Notes: generated by a model not told the origin, from the sequence alone. A stretch of 64,000 nt of DNA from Candidatus Omnitrophota bacterium (GCA_020341815.1 CP070837.1:780954-844953), one strand, 5' to 3'; shown: positions 50,427-61,894, numbered from the stretch's first letter. Numbers and translations are program-made.

Positions 50427-51485
50427 CTATTTTCTAGAAATAATATCCTTATAAAGGTCGAGGTATTTCTTGGCCATACGCTTCCTTGAGAAGTTCTCTT
50501 CAACATACTTGCGGCAATTTTCCGGCTTAATTGAATCTATCTTTTTTATTGCTTCCAGCATTTCATCCTCGGTATTGACAACAAAGCCTGTTTCTCTGTC
50601 CTTAATTATCTCGGGAGCGGAGCCTTTGCGGAAGGCAATAACCGGCGTGCCGCAGGCCATAGATTCAAGCATAACAATACCAAAGGGCTGCTCCCATTTG
50701 TCGCCCGTCAAAGTACACTTAGCGCGTCTTAGTAAATCCAGGAGACTCTCTCTGGGAATTTCATGATGAAGCTGGAAAAGAAGGTCTTTCGGATGCTTTG
50801 CTATTAACGGCTCTATTTCTTTCCTCATATATTCTTCCTCTTCTTCTTCGATTGTCTTAACAGCCATAATCAAACCGATCTTTGCGCGGGCAGCAATCCT
50901 GATTATCGTATCAAATCCCTTCTCCCAGCTGGCCCTGCCTATGCAAAGAAAAAAATCCTCCTTTTTATCCGACCATTTAATAGCTTTAACATTAATACTA
51001 GGATGGACGAAATCGGCAAATTTAATATTTTGATTTAACGTAGTATAAAGCTCTTTTTGCCTGTTTGATATAGCGACTAAATATTCTCTTTCGCCCTTTA
51101 ATAATTCGAGGCACTGCATCAAGGCCCCTTCTGTAGCTGTGCTATAGATGGTATGCACTACGGGCGTACTAACAGTAGATTTAAACATTGTATGGTCATG
51201 GATAATGTCAACCTTTTCGTATCCTGCCCGGGAAAAGGCGTATTTAAGAGCAAGCTCCCTCACAAAAGATTTTTCATCCGCAGGTGAATCCATGCCAAAA
51301 TGTATTGGGCTTTTAGTATAGGGATAGAATGGACAGGAAACTTTTGAATCCTTGTGCCCAAAGAAAATCACCTCTTCGCCCAATTCCCTCAGTCCTTCCA
51401 CGAGATTCCATACTACTATTTCTATGCCGCCATACTTAGGCGGCGGCACAGGAATCCAAGGCGGCGCTACAACTGCTATTTTCAT
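50427..51485 (-). CDS. Glycosyltransferase family 4 (paralog b)
   Basis: 352 aa; N-terminus MKIAVVAPPWIPVPPPKYGG nearly identical to paralog a; abuts paralog a with no gap. Confidence 0.8.
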   Translation of the reverse strand: MKIAVVAPPWIPVPPPKYGGIEIVVWNLVEGLRELGEEVIFFGHKDSKVSCPFYPYTKSPIHFGMDSPADEKSFVRELALKYAFSRAGYEKVDIIHDHTMFKSTVSTPVVHTIYSTATEGALMQCLELLKGEREYLVAISNRQKELYTTLNQNIKFADFVHPSINVKAIKWSDKKEDFFLCIGRASWEKGFDTIIRIAARAKIGLIMAVKTIEEEEEEYMRKEIEPLIAKHPKDLLFQLHHEIPRESLLDLLRRAKCTLTGDKWEQPFGIVMLESMACGTPVIAFRKGSAPEIIKDRETGFVVNTEDEMLEAIKKIDSIKPENCRKYVEENFSRKRMAKKYLDLYKDIISRK

Positions 51486-51499
51486 GCCTACGTTTCCTC

Positions 51500-54226
51500 T
51501 TAGTAATTCTCACCTGAACAGACAGAGAGTATCTCTTTTCTGGTTATGCAGCCAACTAAAGTCTTTCCTTTTACAACGGGAAGAAGCTGAAAAGAGCGTT
51601 CCGTAAAAAGACGAAGCGCTATCTCCACATGGTCGGATAAGTTGACATATTCAACGGATTTATTCATGATATCCTTGGCTTTTAGCTGGGCAAGGTCCTC
51701 TCTTTCGGTGACGCCAACGATATCTTTCTTCGAAATAATCCCGCAAAGCTGGTTATTAGCTTTGACAACAGGAACGCTACTTGCGTTCTTCTCCTTCAAT
51801 ACATGGCTGACTCTCTTTATAGGATCATTTTCATTGACGAATATTAGATTCTCTTCTCTAATTATATCTTTAAGGCGCTTTGCTGAAACCATAACAGCCT
51901 CCTTTCGCCCGATTTTTACTTTAATGGTTTTGAAAGGTTCTATAGAATAATTTTTCTCGAATATCCCAATCTGAATATTAGCATTTTTGGCCTGATTAGG
52001 ATAATAAGTCACTTCCACCTCTTTATTATTGAGAGCCAGTCTTAATAAGCTTTTTCCCCGGAATATCTTAAACTGCATAAGCTTCCAATGGGCGGGCAAG
52101 CGGGGATTAATTGTCAGCTTATTATCCTCAAAGCTTATGCCGGCAAACCCAAATATGGCTGCCTGCCAGATGCCGCCTGCATTTGCCATATGCATACCGC
52201 CATCGCTGTTATTGTGTAAATTTTTCAAGTCAATCTGGCTTGAAAAAAGGAAAAATAAATAGGCCCTTAAGCAATCGCCGAACTCGCTGGCTAAAAGGGC
52301 ATGGATTGAGGGGCTTAGAGAGGACTGATGAAGAGTCCGTTTTATATAATACTGGTAATTTTTTATTTTCTGCTCCCAGTCGAAACGCTGGGGCAGAAGA
52401 TAAAATAAAAATAAAACATCGGCCTGCTTAATAAATTGTGTCTTATCAAAGTCTTTATAAGACAAATGCTGCGGCGCTTCCGGCATAAAAAAATCGCTGT
52501 AACTTCTTATAGATATCTGCTTTTTTTTAAAATAACCTTTAAATTGCTCAATAATTCCCTCTTTGGGCTTGGGGATATAAATGTCTTTGGCAATATCTCT
52601 CCAGCCGTCAACTTCCCTTTCATGTAATCTTAAATTGTGCTCCAATCTATAAAAGGCGTCCGGGTATTTCTCTTTAATTTCATAATAAAGGGAACGGGCA
52701 TATTCCATATTCCAGGAAGCCAGGATATTGGTATAAAAATCATTTTTCACGCGCGTATGAAATTCATCCGGACCAATTACATCCAAAATCTCATATTTTT
52801 TCATTTTTTCATTGAAAGTTACGCAACTTGCCCAAAATCGGGCAGTGGAAAAAACAATTTCTGCACCATGATGGATAATGAAATCGAAATCATCTGTTGC
52901 CCGATAATAATTAAAAACGGCATAGGCAATATCTGCTGAGATATGGTGTTCGTAATCCATGGTCTCTACTTTCATAATAGTGCCGTCTGTGTCCTTGGCA
53001 TAGCGCAGCGTTACCTCATCGCCAATTGATGCAGATTGCCAGGGAAATAAAGCGCCTTTATAATTTCTTTTTTTGGCATTGGCTATTGCCTGACTTAAGC
53101 GCTTATATCGGTACAAAAGCATATTCTTCGCCATAGGCGGGTCCGTATAAAGATAAAAGGGGAGCATAAAAATCTCGGAATCCCAGAAGATATGACCCCT
53201 ATAGCCCTGGCCGCTGAGGGCGCGCGCGCCGATGCTCATAGGAAAATTACCTTTGTAAGCGGCAATAATAAGGTGATATATGTTAAGGCGCAAGGCCTTA
53301 TCGCTTAACTTGTCTCCTTTGATTGTAACGTTTGCCTGCTCCCATCTTCTTTTCCATTCCTCGACATGTTCCTTCAGGCTTTCTTGGAGGCCTCGGGAAC
53401 TAGTCTCCTTGAGTAAACGCAAGCTCTTCTCTTTAAGTTCTCCGACATGGTGTTGTAAAGATGTGTTTATTGTAAATACTTTTGTAAATGTGATAGTCTC
53501 GCCCTTCTGTAGTTCAAAATTATGGGCTCTATCATGAAGCAGCATCTGATTTGAGTTTTTTTCCACAAAAAGCCTGTCGGCATATGCAACCCAGATCTTT
53601 GAAGTTATGGTCCTATAGGCATAATAGTTAATTTCATTTTTTGTATCGGCATCCATTAAACGCATATGCCTTCTTGTTCCATAAACCAGGCCGCCGTAAT
53701 TAGTAGCTGAATCATCCAGAAAATCCAGTGCGGTAACTTCGGCTTTGCCGTTTAAGAGGGTTAAGGAGACTTTCATCCAGCCGATATGAGGGTTTTTCAT
53801 GTTAAAAAAACGCAAAGATTGATACAGAAACTTTCTGTTTTTTCCGTCTTTAAAAAGCGTCTTGCGCACCAGAAGACCTTTATGCATATCCAGATAACGC
53901 ACATGCTTAAGAAATCCCATGAAATGCATGTCAAGCTTTTCTCCCTCGACCGCAAAAATAAAATGGATGGGATTGGGAAGATTGACCAATTCTTCTACCT
54001 GCGCACCGGATTTATCGTAAATGCCGGTAATAAATGTGCCAGGCATTGCTCTTTCAGGATACTCCTCAAGGACACCTCTTGAGCCGATAAATCCATTTCC
54101 CAGGGTAAATATTGACTCCTGGGTATGCTGTTCATCAAGCCCGAAGGAAGTCTCTTTTATAAGCCATTCGGGCGAAGAAAGACTAATTCCAAAAAAATCT
54201 TTCGTATTAAAATATTCTTTTTTCAT
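51500..54226 (-). CDS. GH65-family phosphorylase fused to a C-terminal CBS-domain pair
   Basis: 908 aa; N-terminal about 770 aa collinear with the GH65 ORF at 47014..49338 (shared ELVNLPNPI and other blocks); C-terminal about 130 aa has two CBS-like repeats. Confidence 0.8.
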   Translation of the reverse strand: MKKEYFNTKDFFGISLSSPEWLIKETSFGLDEQHTQESIFTLGNGFIGSRGVLEEYPERAMPGTFITGIYDKSGAQVEELVNLPNPIHFIFAVEGEKLDMHFMGFLKHVRYLDMHKGLLVRKTLFKDGKNRKFLYQSLRFFNMKNPHIGWMKVSLTLLNGKAEVTALDFLDDSATNYGGLVYGTRRHMRLMDADTKNEINYYAYRTITSKIWVAYADRLFVEKNSNQMLLHDRAHNFELQKGETITFTKVFTINTSLQHHVGELKEKSLRLLKETSSRGLQESLKEHVEEWKRRWEQANVTIKGDKLSDKALRLNIYHLIIAAYKGNFPMSIGARALSGQGYRGHIFWDSEIFMLPFYLYTDPPMAKNMLLYRYKRLSQAIANAKKRNYKGALFPWQSASIGDEVTLRYAKDTDGTIMKVETMDYEHHISADIAYAVFNYYRATDDFDFIIHHGAEIVFSTARFWASCVTFNEKMKKYEILDVIGPDEFHTRVKNDFYTNILASWNMEYARSLYYEIKEKYPDAFYRLEHNLRLHEREVDGWRDIAKDIYIPKPKEGIIEQFKGYFKKKQISIRSYSDFFMPEAPQHLSYKDFDKTQFIKQADVLFLFYLLPQRFDWEQKIKNYQYYIKRTLHQSSLSPSIHALLASEFGDCLRAYLFFLFSSQIDLKNLHNNSDGGMHMANAGGIWQAAIFGFAGISFEDNKLTINPRLPAHWKLMQFKIFRGKSLLRLALNNKEVEVTYYPNQAKNANIQIGIFEKNYSIEPFKTIKVKIGRKEAVMVSAKRLKDIIREENLIFVNENDPIKRVSHVLKEKNASSVPVVKANNQLCGIISKKDIVGVTEREDLAQLKAKDIMNKSVEYVNLSDHVEIALRLFTERSFQLLPVVKGKTLVGCITRKEILSVCSGENY

Positions 54227-54234
54227 AAGGAAGG

Positions 54235-54882
54235 TTATTTAAATAACTTCTCAAGTGTCATATGATCTATTTTTGATAGGTCATCTACTACAATAGTTGC
54301 TTTTTTGAGTCTTTCGGCAGTGCCATAACGGTCAATGCCTACGCAAAGCATTTTCCCATTTATTGCGGCCTCAACGCCCAATACGGCATCTTCAAAAACG
54401 ACACATTCCTGATAGCCACATCCGATTCTGTCTGCGGCAAGCTGAAAAATCTGCGGGTCCGGCTTTCCCCTCTTGAGGTCATTGCCGTCCACTATGGCAT
54501 CCGCCAGCTTGATAATTCCTGTCTTTTGCAGGATTTTCTTGCAATTACGGCTTGAGGAAGCAATGGCAATCTTCTTATTGTGCCTTTTCAGCTCTTTGAT
54601 TAAATCCAGAGAGGAATTATATATGTCAATCTCTCCTTTTTCCAATAGCTCAAGGAAATATCTTTGCTTTTTATCGCCTGCTTTTTTTATCTCTGCATCG
54701 CTAAGGCCGGTCAAGATTGCCTTGGTGCCGTCATATCTGGGGATGCCGTCAACCTTGGCTTTATAGTCATCGAAGCTAAACTCTATTCCGTAATCGGAAA
54801 AAAGCTTCTTCCAGGCCTTAAAATGCAAGGGCACAGTATTTACTATTACCCCATCTAAATCAAATATTGCCGCTTTAAACAT
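54235..54882 (-). CDS. pgmB: Beta-phosphoglucomutase (HAD family)
   Basis: 215 aa; HAD motif I AIFDLDGVIV and a beta-PGM-like cap; RBS GAGG. Confidence 0.8.
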   Translation of the reverse strand: MFKAAIFDLDGVIVNTVPLHFKAWKKLFSDYGIEFSFDDYKAKVDGIPRYDGTKAILTGLSDAEIKKAGDKKQRYFLELLEKGEIDIYNSSLDLIKELKRHNKKIAIASSSRNCKKILQKTGIIKLADAIVDGNDLKRGKPDPQIFQLAADRIGCGYQECVVFEDAVLGVEAAINGKMLCVGIDRYGTAERLKKATIVVDDLSKIDHMTLEKLFK

Positions 54883-54893
54883 TATTCTGCCTC

Positions 54894-54927
54894 AATAAAA
54901 AACCCTCGAACTTTTTAGATTCGAGGG
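54894..54927 (-). terminator. Terminator/attenuator hairpin directly 5' of the pgmB RBS
   Basis: Minus-strand RNA CCCUCGAA-UCUAAAAAG-UUCGAGGG (perfect 8-bp stem) followed by UUUUUUAUU, which runs into the pgmB SD. Confidence 0.45.
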
Positions 54928-54938
54928 GGCCGGAACTA

Positions 54939-54959
54939 ATATCCAAAAAGTTCGGATAT
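54939..54959 (-). promoter_or_regulatory. Upstream hairpin whose loop is complementary to the terminator loop/3' arm (candidate antiterminator element)
   Basis: ATATCC-N9-GGATAT hairpin; its 9-nt loop (GAACUUUUU on the RNA) is the exact reverse complement of AAAAAGUUC in the downstream terminator hairpin. Confidence 0.35.
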
Positions 54960-55018
54960 TGTATACTGTTTTAATCTTACCAAATACAATTTATAATTGC
55001 AAGCAAAACATGCGAAAT

Positions 55019-55056
55019 AAGAAGGGCTGGCCGTGCGCATATAGCCAACCCTTCTT
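55019..55056 (-). terminator. Candidate terminator hairpin downstream of the small membrane protein gene
   Basis: Inverted repeat aagaagggctgg-N14-ccaacccttctt (11/12 complementary), about 34 nt after the stop at 55090; weak U-tract. Confidence 0.3.
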
Positions 55057-55089
55057 ATTTGAGTCTTACAGAACCTGAATTGCTTGGTG

Positions 55090-55284
55090 CTATCCCAGCA
55101 TTTTTTTGGCATTCATTGCGATAACAATTGCCGATAGGCCAACCAGCGTATAAACAACCCTGGAAATTACAGACATTACACCGAATATTGCAGCTACAAG
55201 GTCAAAGCTGAAAAGGCCCACCAAACCCCAATTTAAACCGCCCACCACAAGAAGAATAAGCGCTATCAAGTTTATAGCCTTCAT
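55090..55284 (-). CDS. Small membrane protein (DUF378-like)
   Basis: 64 aa with two hydrophobic helices; strong RBS AAAGGAGGG and candidate promoter upstream. Confidence 0.5.
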   Translation of the reverse strand: MKAINLIALILLVVGGLNWGLVGLFSFDLVAAIFGVMSVISRVVYTLVGLSAIVIAMNAKKMLG

Positions 55285-55339
55285 TACTCACCCTCCTTTC
55301 TTTAAAATACCCTTTAAAACAAAGAATCCTCCCTGTTTG

Positions 55340-55367
55340 TATTGTAGCACCAACCTAATTTAAGTCA
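55340..55367 (-). promoter_or_regulatory. Candidate promoter for the small membrane protein gene
   Basis: Minus strand reads TTGACT-N16-TGcTACAAT (extended -10). Confidence 0.4.
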
Positions 55368-55385
55368 AGCTAAAATGAATATTAA

Positions 55386-57346
<1,961 letters not shown>

Positions 57347-57350
<4 letters not shown>

Positions 57351-58306
57351 CTTCTTCTTCTGCCGAAAGGCATAAAGGGGCTGCTGGTTGTGTTATTATT
57401 TCTTGAAGGTAAATATCTTTGTGTCTTAACTATTATTTTATCCTTCAGGCTGAGCCCTGAGACAATCTCTGCATTCTTTTCATCATAAATGCCGAGTTTT
57501 ACCTTCCGCCTTAAGGGTTCCTCGCCCGGGCCCTGACTTACGGATACAAAGGCCCCCTCTTTGGTCTGCTCAATGGCCTCAAGAGGCACGATTAAGACCT
57601 CTTGTTTCTCCACCTCTACGATATCCACGTTTGCGCTCATACCTGAACGAAAGACTTCGGGTATTTCTTTCGGAAGGATATCCACTTCATAAATAGTAAC
57701 ATTATTGACAACCTCGGATTCATAAGATATGTGATCGACTTTGGCATCCACCTTTATTTGAGGATAGGCATCTAAACTCACCCGTGCCGCCTGGCCGATT
57801 TTTACTCTGCCTATATCGGTCTCATCCACCTGGGCCTTGACAATAAGGCGGTCGGATAATACAACTATGACATCGCCTGAGGCAACTGTCTGGCCCGGCT
57901 CAACTGCTCTTACGATTACTTCTGCATCAATAGGGGCTATTAAAGGAGTAGATTTGTAGGCCTCCTGCCAATACTTCAAGCTTTCTTCGCCCTGAGCGCG
58001 GGCTGCGTCTAAAAGGGCGGCCCTTTCGGTTGAGCTCATCAAGGCCAATGTCTGGCCGGCCTTTACCTTTTCCCCTTCCGAGACCATGATTTCTTCGATG
58101 CGCCCGTTAATCGGCGGCTTGATTTCCAGGCGGTTCTGCGGCTCTACTATGCCGGTAGTGGATATGAGGCTCTGGATACTGCCGATTTCAGGGGTTATTT
58201 CTCTGGCAGTCTGCAAAGGATATTTAGTGTCTTTCTTTTTCATTATTAAGACTGCCGCAGCTATTAAAATTACTAAAATAAAACAGATCTTTTTACTTCT
58301 TAACAT
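57347..58306 (-). CDS. macA: Periplasmic adaptor subunit (MacA/HlyD family)
   Basis: 319 aa; N-terminal TM anchor, biotinyl/lipoyl-like and beta-barrel adaptor sequence; 4-nt overlap with macB. Confidence 0.8.
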
Positions 58307-59549
58307 AATCCAGGGTCCCTCCTTTTGCCTGAACCCATTCGGCTTCTTTGACCAGGGTATCGGCTTTGGTATCCAAAAGGGTCTTTTTGGCGCTGGCTAA
58401 ATTATCTTCGATAATCGACCAGTCATCAAAAGAAATAAGGCCGATGGCATATTGCGCCTGGGCAATCTTGGCCCGCTCCTCGGCCGCCTCTAAAAACTTC
58501 TCTTCCACTTTTACCTTATCTATTGCATCCTGCCAGCCTTTCCAGGTATCCTCCATGGTGAAAATAACGCTATCCTTTCCGCTCCTTTCATCTGCCTGGG
58601 CCTGATTAAAGGCGGCCTTGGCCTTAGAGACCTGGGCAATGCGGTTTCCGCCTTCAAATACAGGAAGGGACAGGCTCACGCCCGCCGACCATACATCATT
58701 ATGCGGCGGCCAATGCGAATCGCTCCTTCCGGCTGAGGCGTTTGCGTACACCTCCGGAAGAAACTCCGCCTCGGCGGATTTTAAATCAAATCGAGCGGAT
58801 TCTTTTCTACTCATCAAATCCAGTAAGAAAGGATTGCTTTGGGCCAGATAATCAAAGTCCGGTCTTTGCCGGTTGGGATATTCAACCTTGAAGTCCCCTT
58901 TTGCTTTAATAGGCGTCAATTTGCTGCGGCCCAATTCATTAGTCAGCTGCCTCTGGGCCAAATCGACATTTCTCCTGGCCTGAATTACTTCGAATTCGGC
59001 CTGCCCAAGATTTGCTTCGGCATTTAATAGCGACCCCCTATGTTCTCTTCCCGCCTCATAACGCAATCTTACTAATTCCAGGTTCTGTTTTCGCCGCTGG
59101 GCTGTGCTTTCTGTAATTCCTAAAAGCTCCTGGGCTTTTAAAAGCTCAACAAACGCCTCTTTCAAGCTCAGCCTTACATTGGATGAAGTTACTTCATAAT
59201 TATATCGCGCCGATTTTACATCTTCATCGGCAGAAGATATATCGTAAGAGGTCTTGAAACCGTCAAATAATAATTGCTCTGCGCTCACGCTATAGGCATA
59301 TGTATCGGTGGTGGCACCGCTGGCGGCCTTTGCAGTTGCCCCGCTCAATGCGCTATCTATCTGCGGCAGGGCGTCACTTTTGGCAATGACTTTATCGGCT
59401 ACGGCCTGATTCAGTTGTTCCCGCGCCGATATTAAATCGGGATGGTTTCGTCTGGCCTCTTTAAGGCAATCTTCCCAGGTAAGCTCCTCTTCCGCTGCGG
59501 CATTAATCGAGAAGATAAATAAAAATATAAGGATAAATATAATACGCAT
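58293..59549 (-). CDS. tolC: TolC-family outer-membrane efflux protein
   Basis: 418 aa; signal peptide and two-repeat coiled-coil/beta-barrel organisation typical of outer membrane factors. Confidence 0.8.
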   Translation of the reverse strand: MRIIFILIFLFIFSINAAAEEELTWEDCLKEARRNHPDLISAREQLNQAVADKVIAKSDALPQIDSALSGATAKAASGATTDTYAYSVSAEQLLFDGFKTSYDISSADEDVKSARYNYEVTSSNVRLSLKEAFVELLKAQELLGITESTAQRRKQNLELVRLRYEAGREHRGSLLNAEANLGQAEFEVIQARRNVDLAQRQLTNELGRSKLTPIKAKGDFKVEYPNRQRPDFDYLAQSNPFLLDLMSRKESARFDLKSAEAEFLPEVYANASAGRSDSHWPPHNDVWSAGVSLSLPVFEGGNRIAQVSKAKAAFNQAQADERSGKDSVIFTMEDTWKGWQDAIDKVKVEEKFLEAAEERAKIAQAQYAIGLISFDDWSIIEDNLASAKKTLLDTKADTLVKEAEWVQAKGGTLDYVKK

Positions 59550-59554
59550 CTTAC

Positions 59555-59794
59555 TTAATTTTTATTTGAGATTTCTGCTTTTAGCGTAGATATGTGCTTT
59601 TCAAAGTGAGACAAGAATTGGCTAAAGTCATCAGCCGGGAAAAAGCCGACCATCTTTTTGCCGGGATGCCCTGAGGTCACAATGAGCTTGTCACCCGCTT
59701 TAATGGTAAGCATTTTCCTCACCTCTTTAGGGATGACCACCTGTCCCCTTGCCCCCACTCTCACCAAGCCGTAAAACTTAGGAAACTTATGCAT
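59555..59794 (-). CDS. AbrB/MazE/SpoVT-family DNA-binding protein
   Basis: 79 aa; swapped-hairpin signature VRVGARGQVVIPKEVRKMLTIKAGDKL; first gene of the tolC-macA-macB operon. Confidence 0.7.
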   Translation of the reverse strand: MHKFPKFYGLVRVGARGQVVIPKEVRKMLTIKAGDKLIVTSGHPGKKMVGFFPADDFSQFLSHFEKHISTLKAEISNKN

Positions 59795-59811
59795 TTGTCC
59801 TCCCGTTTTTA

Positions 59812-59845
59812 GTATGATTTGTATGATAAATCATATTTATCATAC
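59812..59845. promoter_or_regulatory. Four 9-bp-phased heptamer repeats (GTATGAT x2, then ATCATAT/ATCATAC); candidate operator
   Basis: GTATGAT at 59812..59818 and 59821..59827, inverted copies at 59830..59836 and 59839..59845; lies between the candidate -10 and the AbrB RBS. Confidence 0.4.
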
Positions 59846-59847
59846 AT

Positions 59848-59876
59848 AATATATCCTCTCTTTCGCCGCTTGTCAA
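59848..59876 (-). promoter_or_regulatory. Candidate promoter of the AbrB-tolC-macAB operon
   Basis: Minus strand reads TTGACA-N17-TATATT. Confidence 0.45.
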
Positions 59877-59888
59877 TATAAATTGCAG

Positions 59889-59923
59889 GATAAAATAAAA
59901 ACCCTGTACCGTACGGTACAGGG
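59889..59923 (-). terminator. Rho-independent terminator downstream of parA (perfect 22-bp palindrome plus U-tract)
   Basis: CCCTGTACCGTACGGTACAGGG is an exact palindrome; on the minus strand it is followed by TTTTTATTTTAT, about 30 nt after the parA stop. Confidence 0.6.
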
Positions 59924-59952
59924 TTTGGTTCAACATGGCTCCCCGGGGCTTC

Positions 59953-60792
59953 TTAGGTTGCATTAAATAATCTTTTTATTCTTTTTGGTACTTTAATAGA
60001 ACGGGAAATGCCCCTTCTGTAAAATATTCTTTTTTTGTTTATAACCTCTTCGGTTACTCTTTTATAGTCTTCGGCACCTTTTGAATTATGATTGTAATCA
60101 AATATGCTCTGGCCGGCTATTGGCGCTTCGTTGAATTTAGAGCAGATTCTAATTATTGAATCGAACACTTCATTACCGAAATGCTTCCTCACCAAATCTA
60201 TGCCGTGTTTTGTCATCTTGGGCCTCATATCTACCATTGTAAAAAGTATGCCCAATATCTTCAACAAAGGGTTGAGCTCGCTTTTTATCCTGTCAAGCGA
60301 AGACTTAAGCTGCTTCAGCCCTTCCAATGAAAGATATTTCGGTTGCAAAGGTATTATTACTTCACTGGAGCAGGTAAGAGCATTTATAGGCAATAGGCTT
60401 AAAGACGGCGGGCAGTCTATGAGAATATAATCATATTTTGCTTTGATGTCAGCGAGTTTTTCTTTTAATCTATATTGCTTATTTGCGTTATCGGCTAAAT
60501 TTATATCGGTCTTTGCTAAAGAGACATGGGCGGGGGCAAGATGCAGCTTTTCTATCCCGGTAGATAAAATAATATCGTTGAAACTAATCGCTTCTTTTAA
60601 AAGAACATCGTACATAGAAAACTCAACAGACGATGGATCTACTCCTAAATATAATGTTGCACTTGCCTGCGGGTCCATATCCAGAATCAATGTTTTATAA
60701 CCCATGCGGGCAAGGTAGGCCGATATATTTACAACCGAAGTTGTTTTTCCCGTTCCGCCCTTTTGATTAACAACGCTTATAATCCTGGCCAT
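59953..60792 (-). CDS. ParA/MinD-family P-loop ATPase
   Basis: 279 aa; deviant Walker A KGGTGKTT at the N-terminus (MARIISVVNQKGGTGKTTS). Confidence 0.8.
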   Translation of the reverse strand: MARIISVVNQKGGTGKTTSVVNISAYLARMGYKTLILDMDPQASATLYLGVDPSSVEFSMYDVLLKEAISFNDIILSTGIEKLHLAPAHVSLAKTDINLADNANKQYRLKEKLADIKAKYDYILIDCPPSLSLLPINALTCSSEVIIPLQPKYLSLEGLKQLKSSLDRIKSELNPLLKILGILFTMVDMRPKMTKHGIDLVRKHFGNEVFDSIIRICSKFNEAPIAGQSIFDYNHNSKGAEDYKRVTEEVINKKRIFYRRGISRSIKVPKRIKRLFNAT

Positions 60793-60801
60793 TGGCTCTT
60801 C

Positions 60802-61851
60802 TTATTTAAATAAATCTTTATCTTCGTCTTTTTTCTTTTTCTTCAAGAAGCCTCCGAGGTCTCGCGGATCAAACTCTCTCTTTTTTTGCGTCTTCTTTGG
60901 AAATGCTTTGGCCAAGTACGGTTCAATTCTTGTCCTTGCAGTAAATTTATTTACAAAAAATAGAGCCAATAGAATCGCCGGGGCAATCAGTAAAAAGCCC
61001 TTGGATCTCGAGGGCTTTTGCTTTTTTGTCTTTTCTTTTTCAATTGGCGCCTTTTCTCTTTGCTCTAGTTTAAGATTTTCTTTCTCTTTCTTTTCTTCAT
61101 TCGCAATTCTCTCTTTAAGCTCGGCTATCTTTACGGTAATCTCGCTCGATTCGGGCAAATAAGGCAAAGTTTTATTCCACTCTGAAATTGCTTCTTCGAA
61201 TTTTCCTTCCTTATAAAACCTTTCTCCTTTAGCAAATGCGGCCCTGATAAATTCTTTTTCTTCTTCAATTTTAGTTGCAACTTCTTTCTCGATCTTCTCC
61301 TCTCTTATCTTAACATCTGCTTTTTCCAGAAGCCCGATCATCTTATTGGCGATTTTATCGAGGTCATCGATATAAGGCGTTTTAAGCCTCCTTTCCTTGT
61401 CAAGTTTATCCAATATATTGATTTGGTACCGGGCTTTTATTCGCGCCTCTTCTATTAAATCCAACACCTCTTGATTGGTTGGCTCTATGGAAAGAGCCTC
61501 GCCCCAGGTCGAAAGCGCTTTTTGATATTCCCTGTCCTGATAATAATTTTTTCCTTTTTGGATTAATTCCCTCAACTTTTGCCCTTGCGCTATTTCTTTT
61601 TCGCTCTGGGTTCCGTCTATTATTTCCTGGGCCTTGGATATGCCCTGAAGGGCCTCTTTATCGTATGAATCTATCTTTAATACTTCTGCCCAGACATCTA
61701 TTGCCTTGTAATATTCACCCCGGTCAAAATAATACTGGGCCTTTGCCTTCATCTTCCTTGTCTGATCGAATTCCGCCAAAGAAGATAAGGCACCTAGAAG
61801 AAGAAACAAGACCGTTAAACAAAATATAATGGAATATTTTCTTTTAATCAT
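60802..61851 (-). CDS. TPR-repeat protein with N-terminal signal/anchor and lysine-rich C-terminal tail
   Basis: 349 aa; hydrophobic N-terminus, TPR-like helical repeats, charged coiled-coil region and a C-terminal TM segment. Confidence 0.55.
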   Translation of the reverse strand: MIKRKYSIIFCLTVLFLLLGALSSLAEFDQTRKMKAKAQYYFDRGEYYKAIDVWAEVLKIDSYDKEALQGISKAQEIIDGTQSEKEIAQGQKLRELIQKGKNYYQDREYQKALSTWGEALSIEPTNQEVLDLIEEARIKARYQINILDKLDKERRLKTPYIDDLDKIANKMIGLLEKADVKIREEKIEKEVATKIEEEKEFIRAAFAKGERFYKEGKFEEAISEWNKTLPYLPESSEITVKIAELKERIANEEKKEKENLKLEQREKAPIEKEKTKKQKPSRSKGFLLIAPAILLALFFVNKFTARTRIEPYLAKAFPKKTQKKREFDPRDLGGFLKKKKKDEDKDLFK

Positions 61852-61894
61852 ATTTACCCCCCATTATATAATATTTGATTACAAGAAACAAGGC

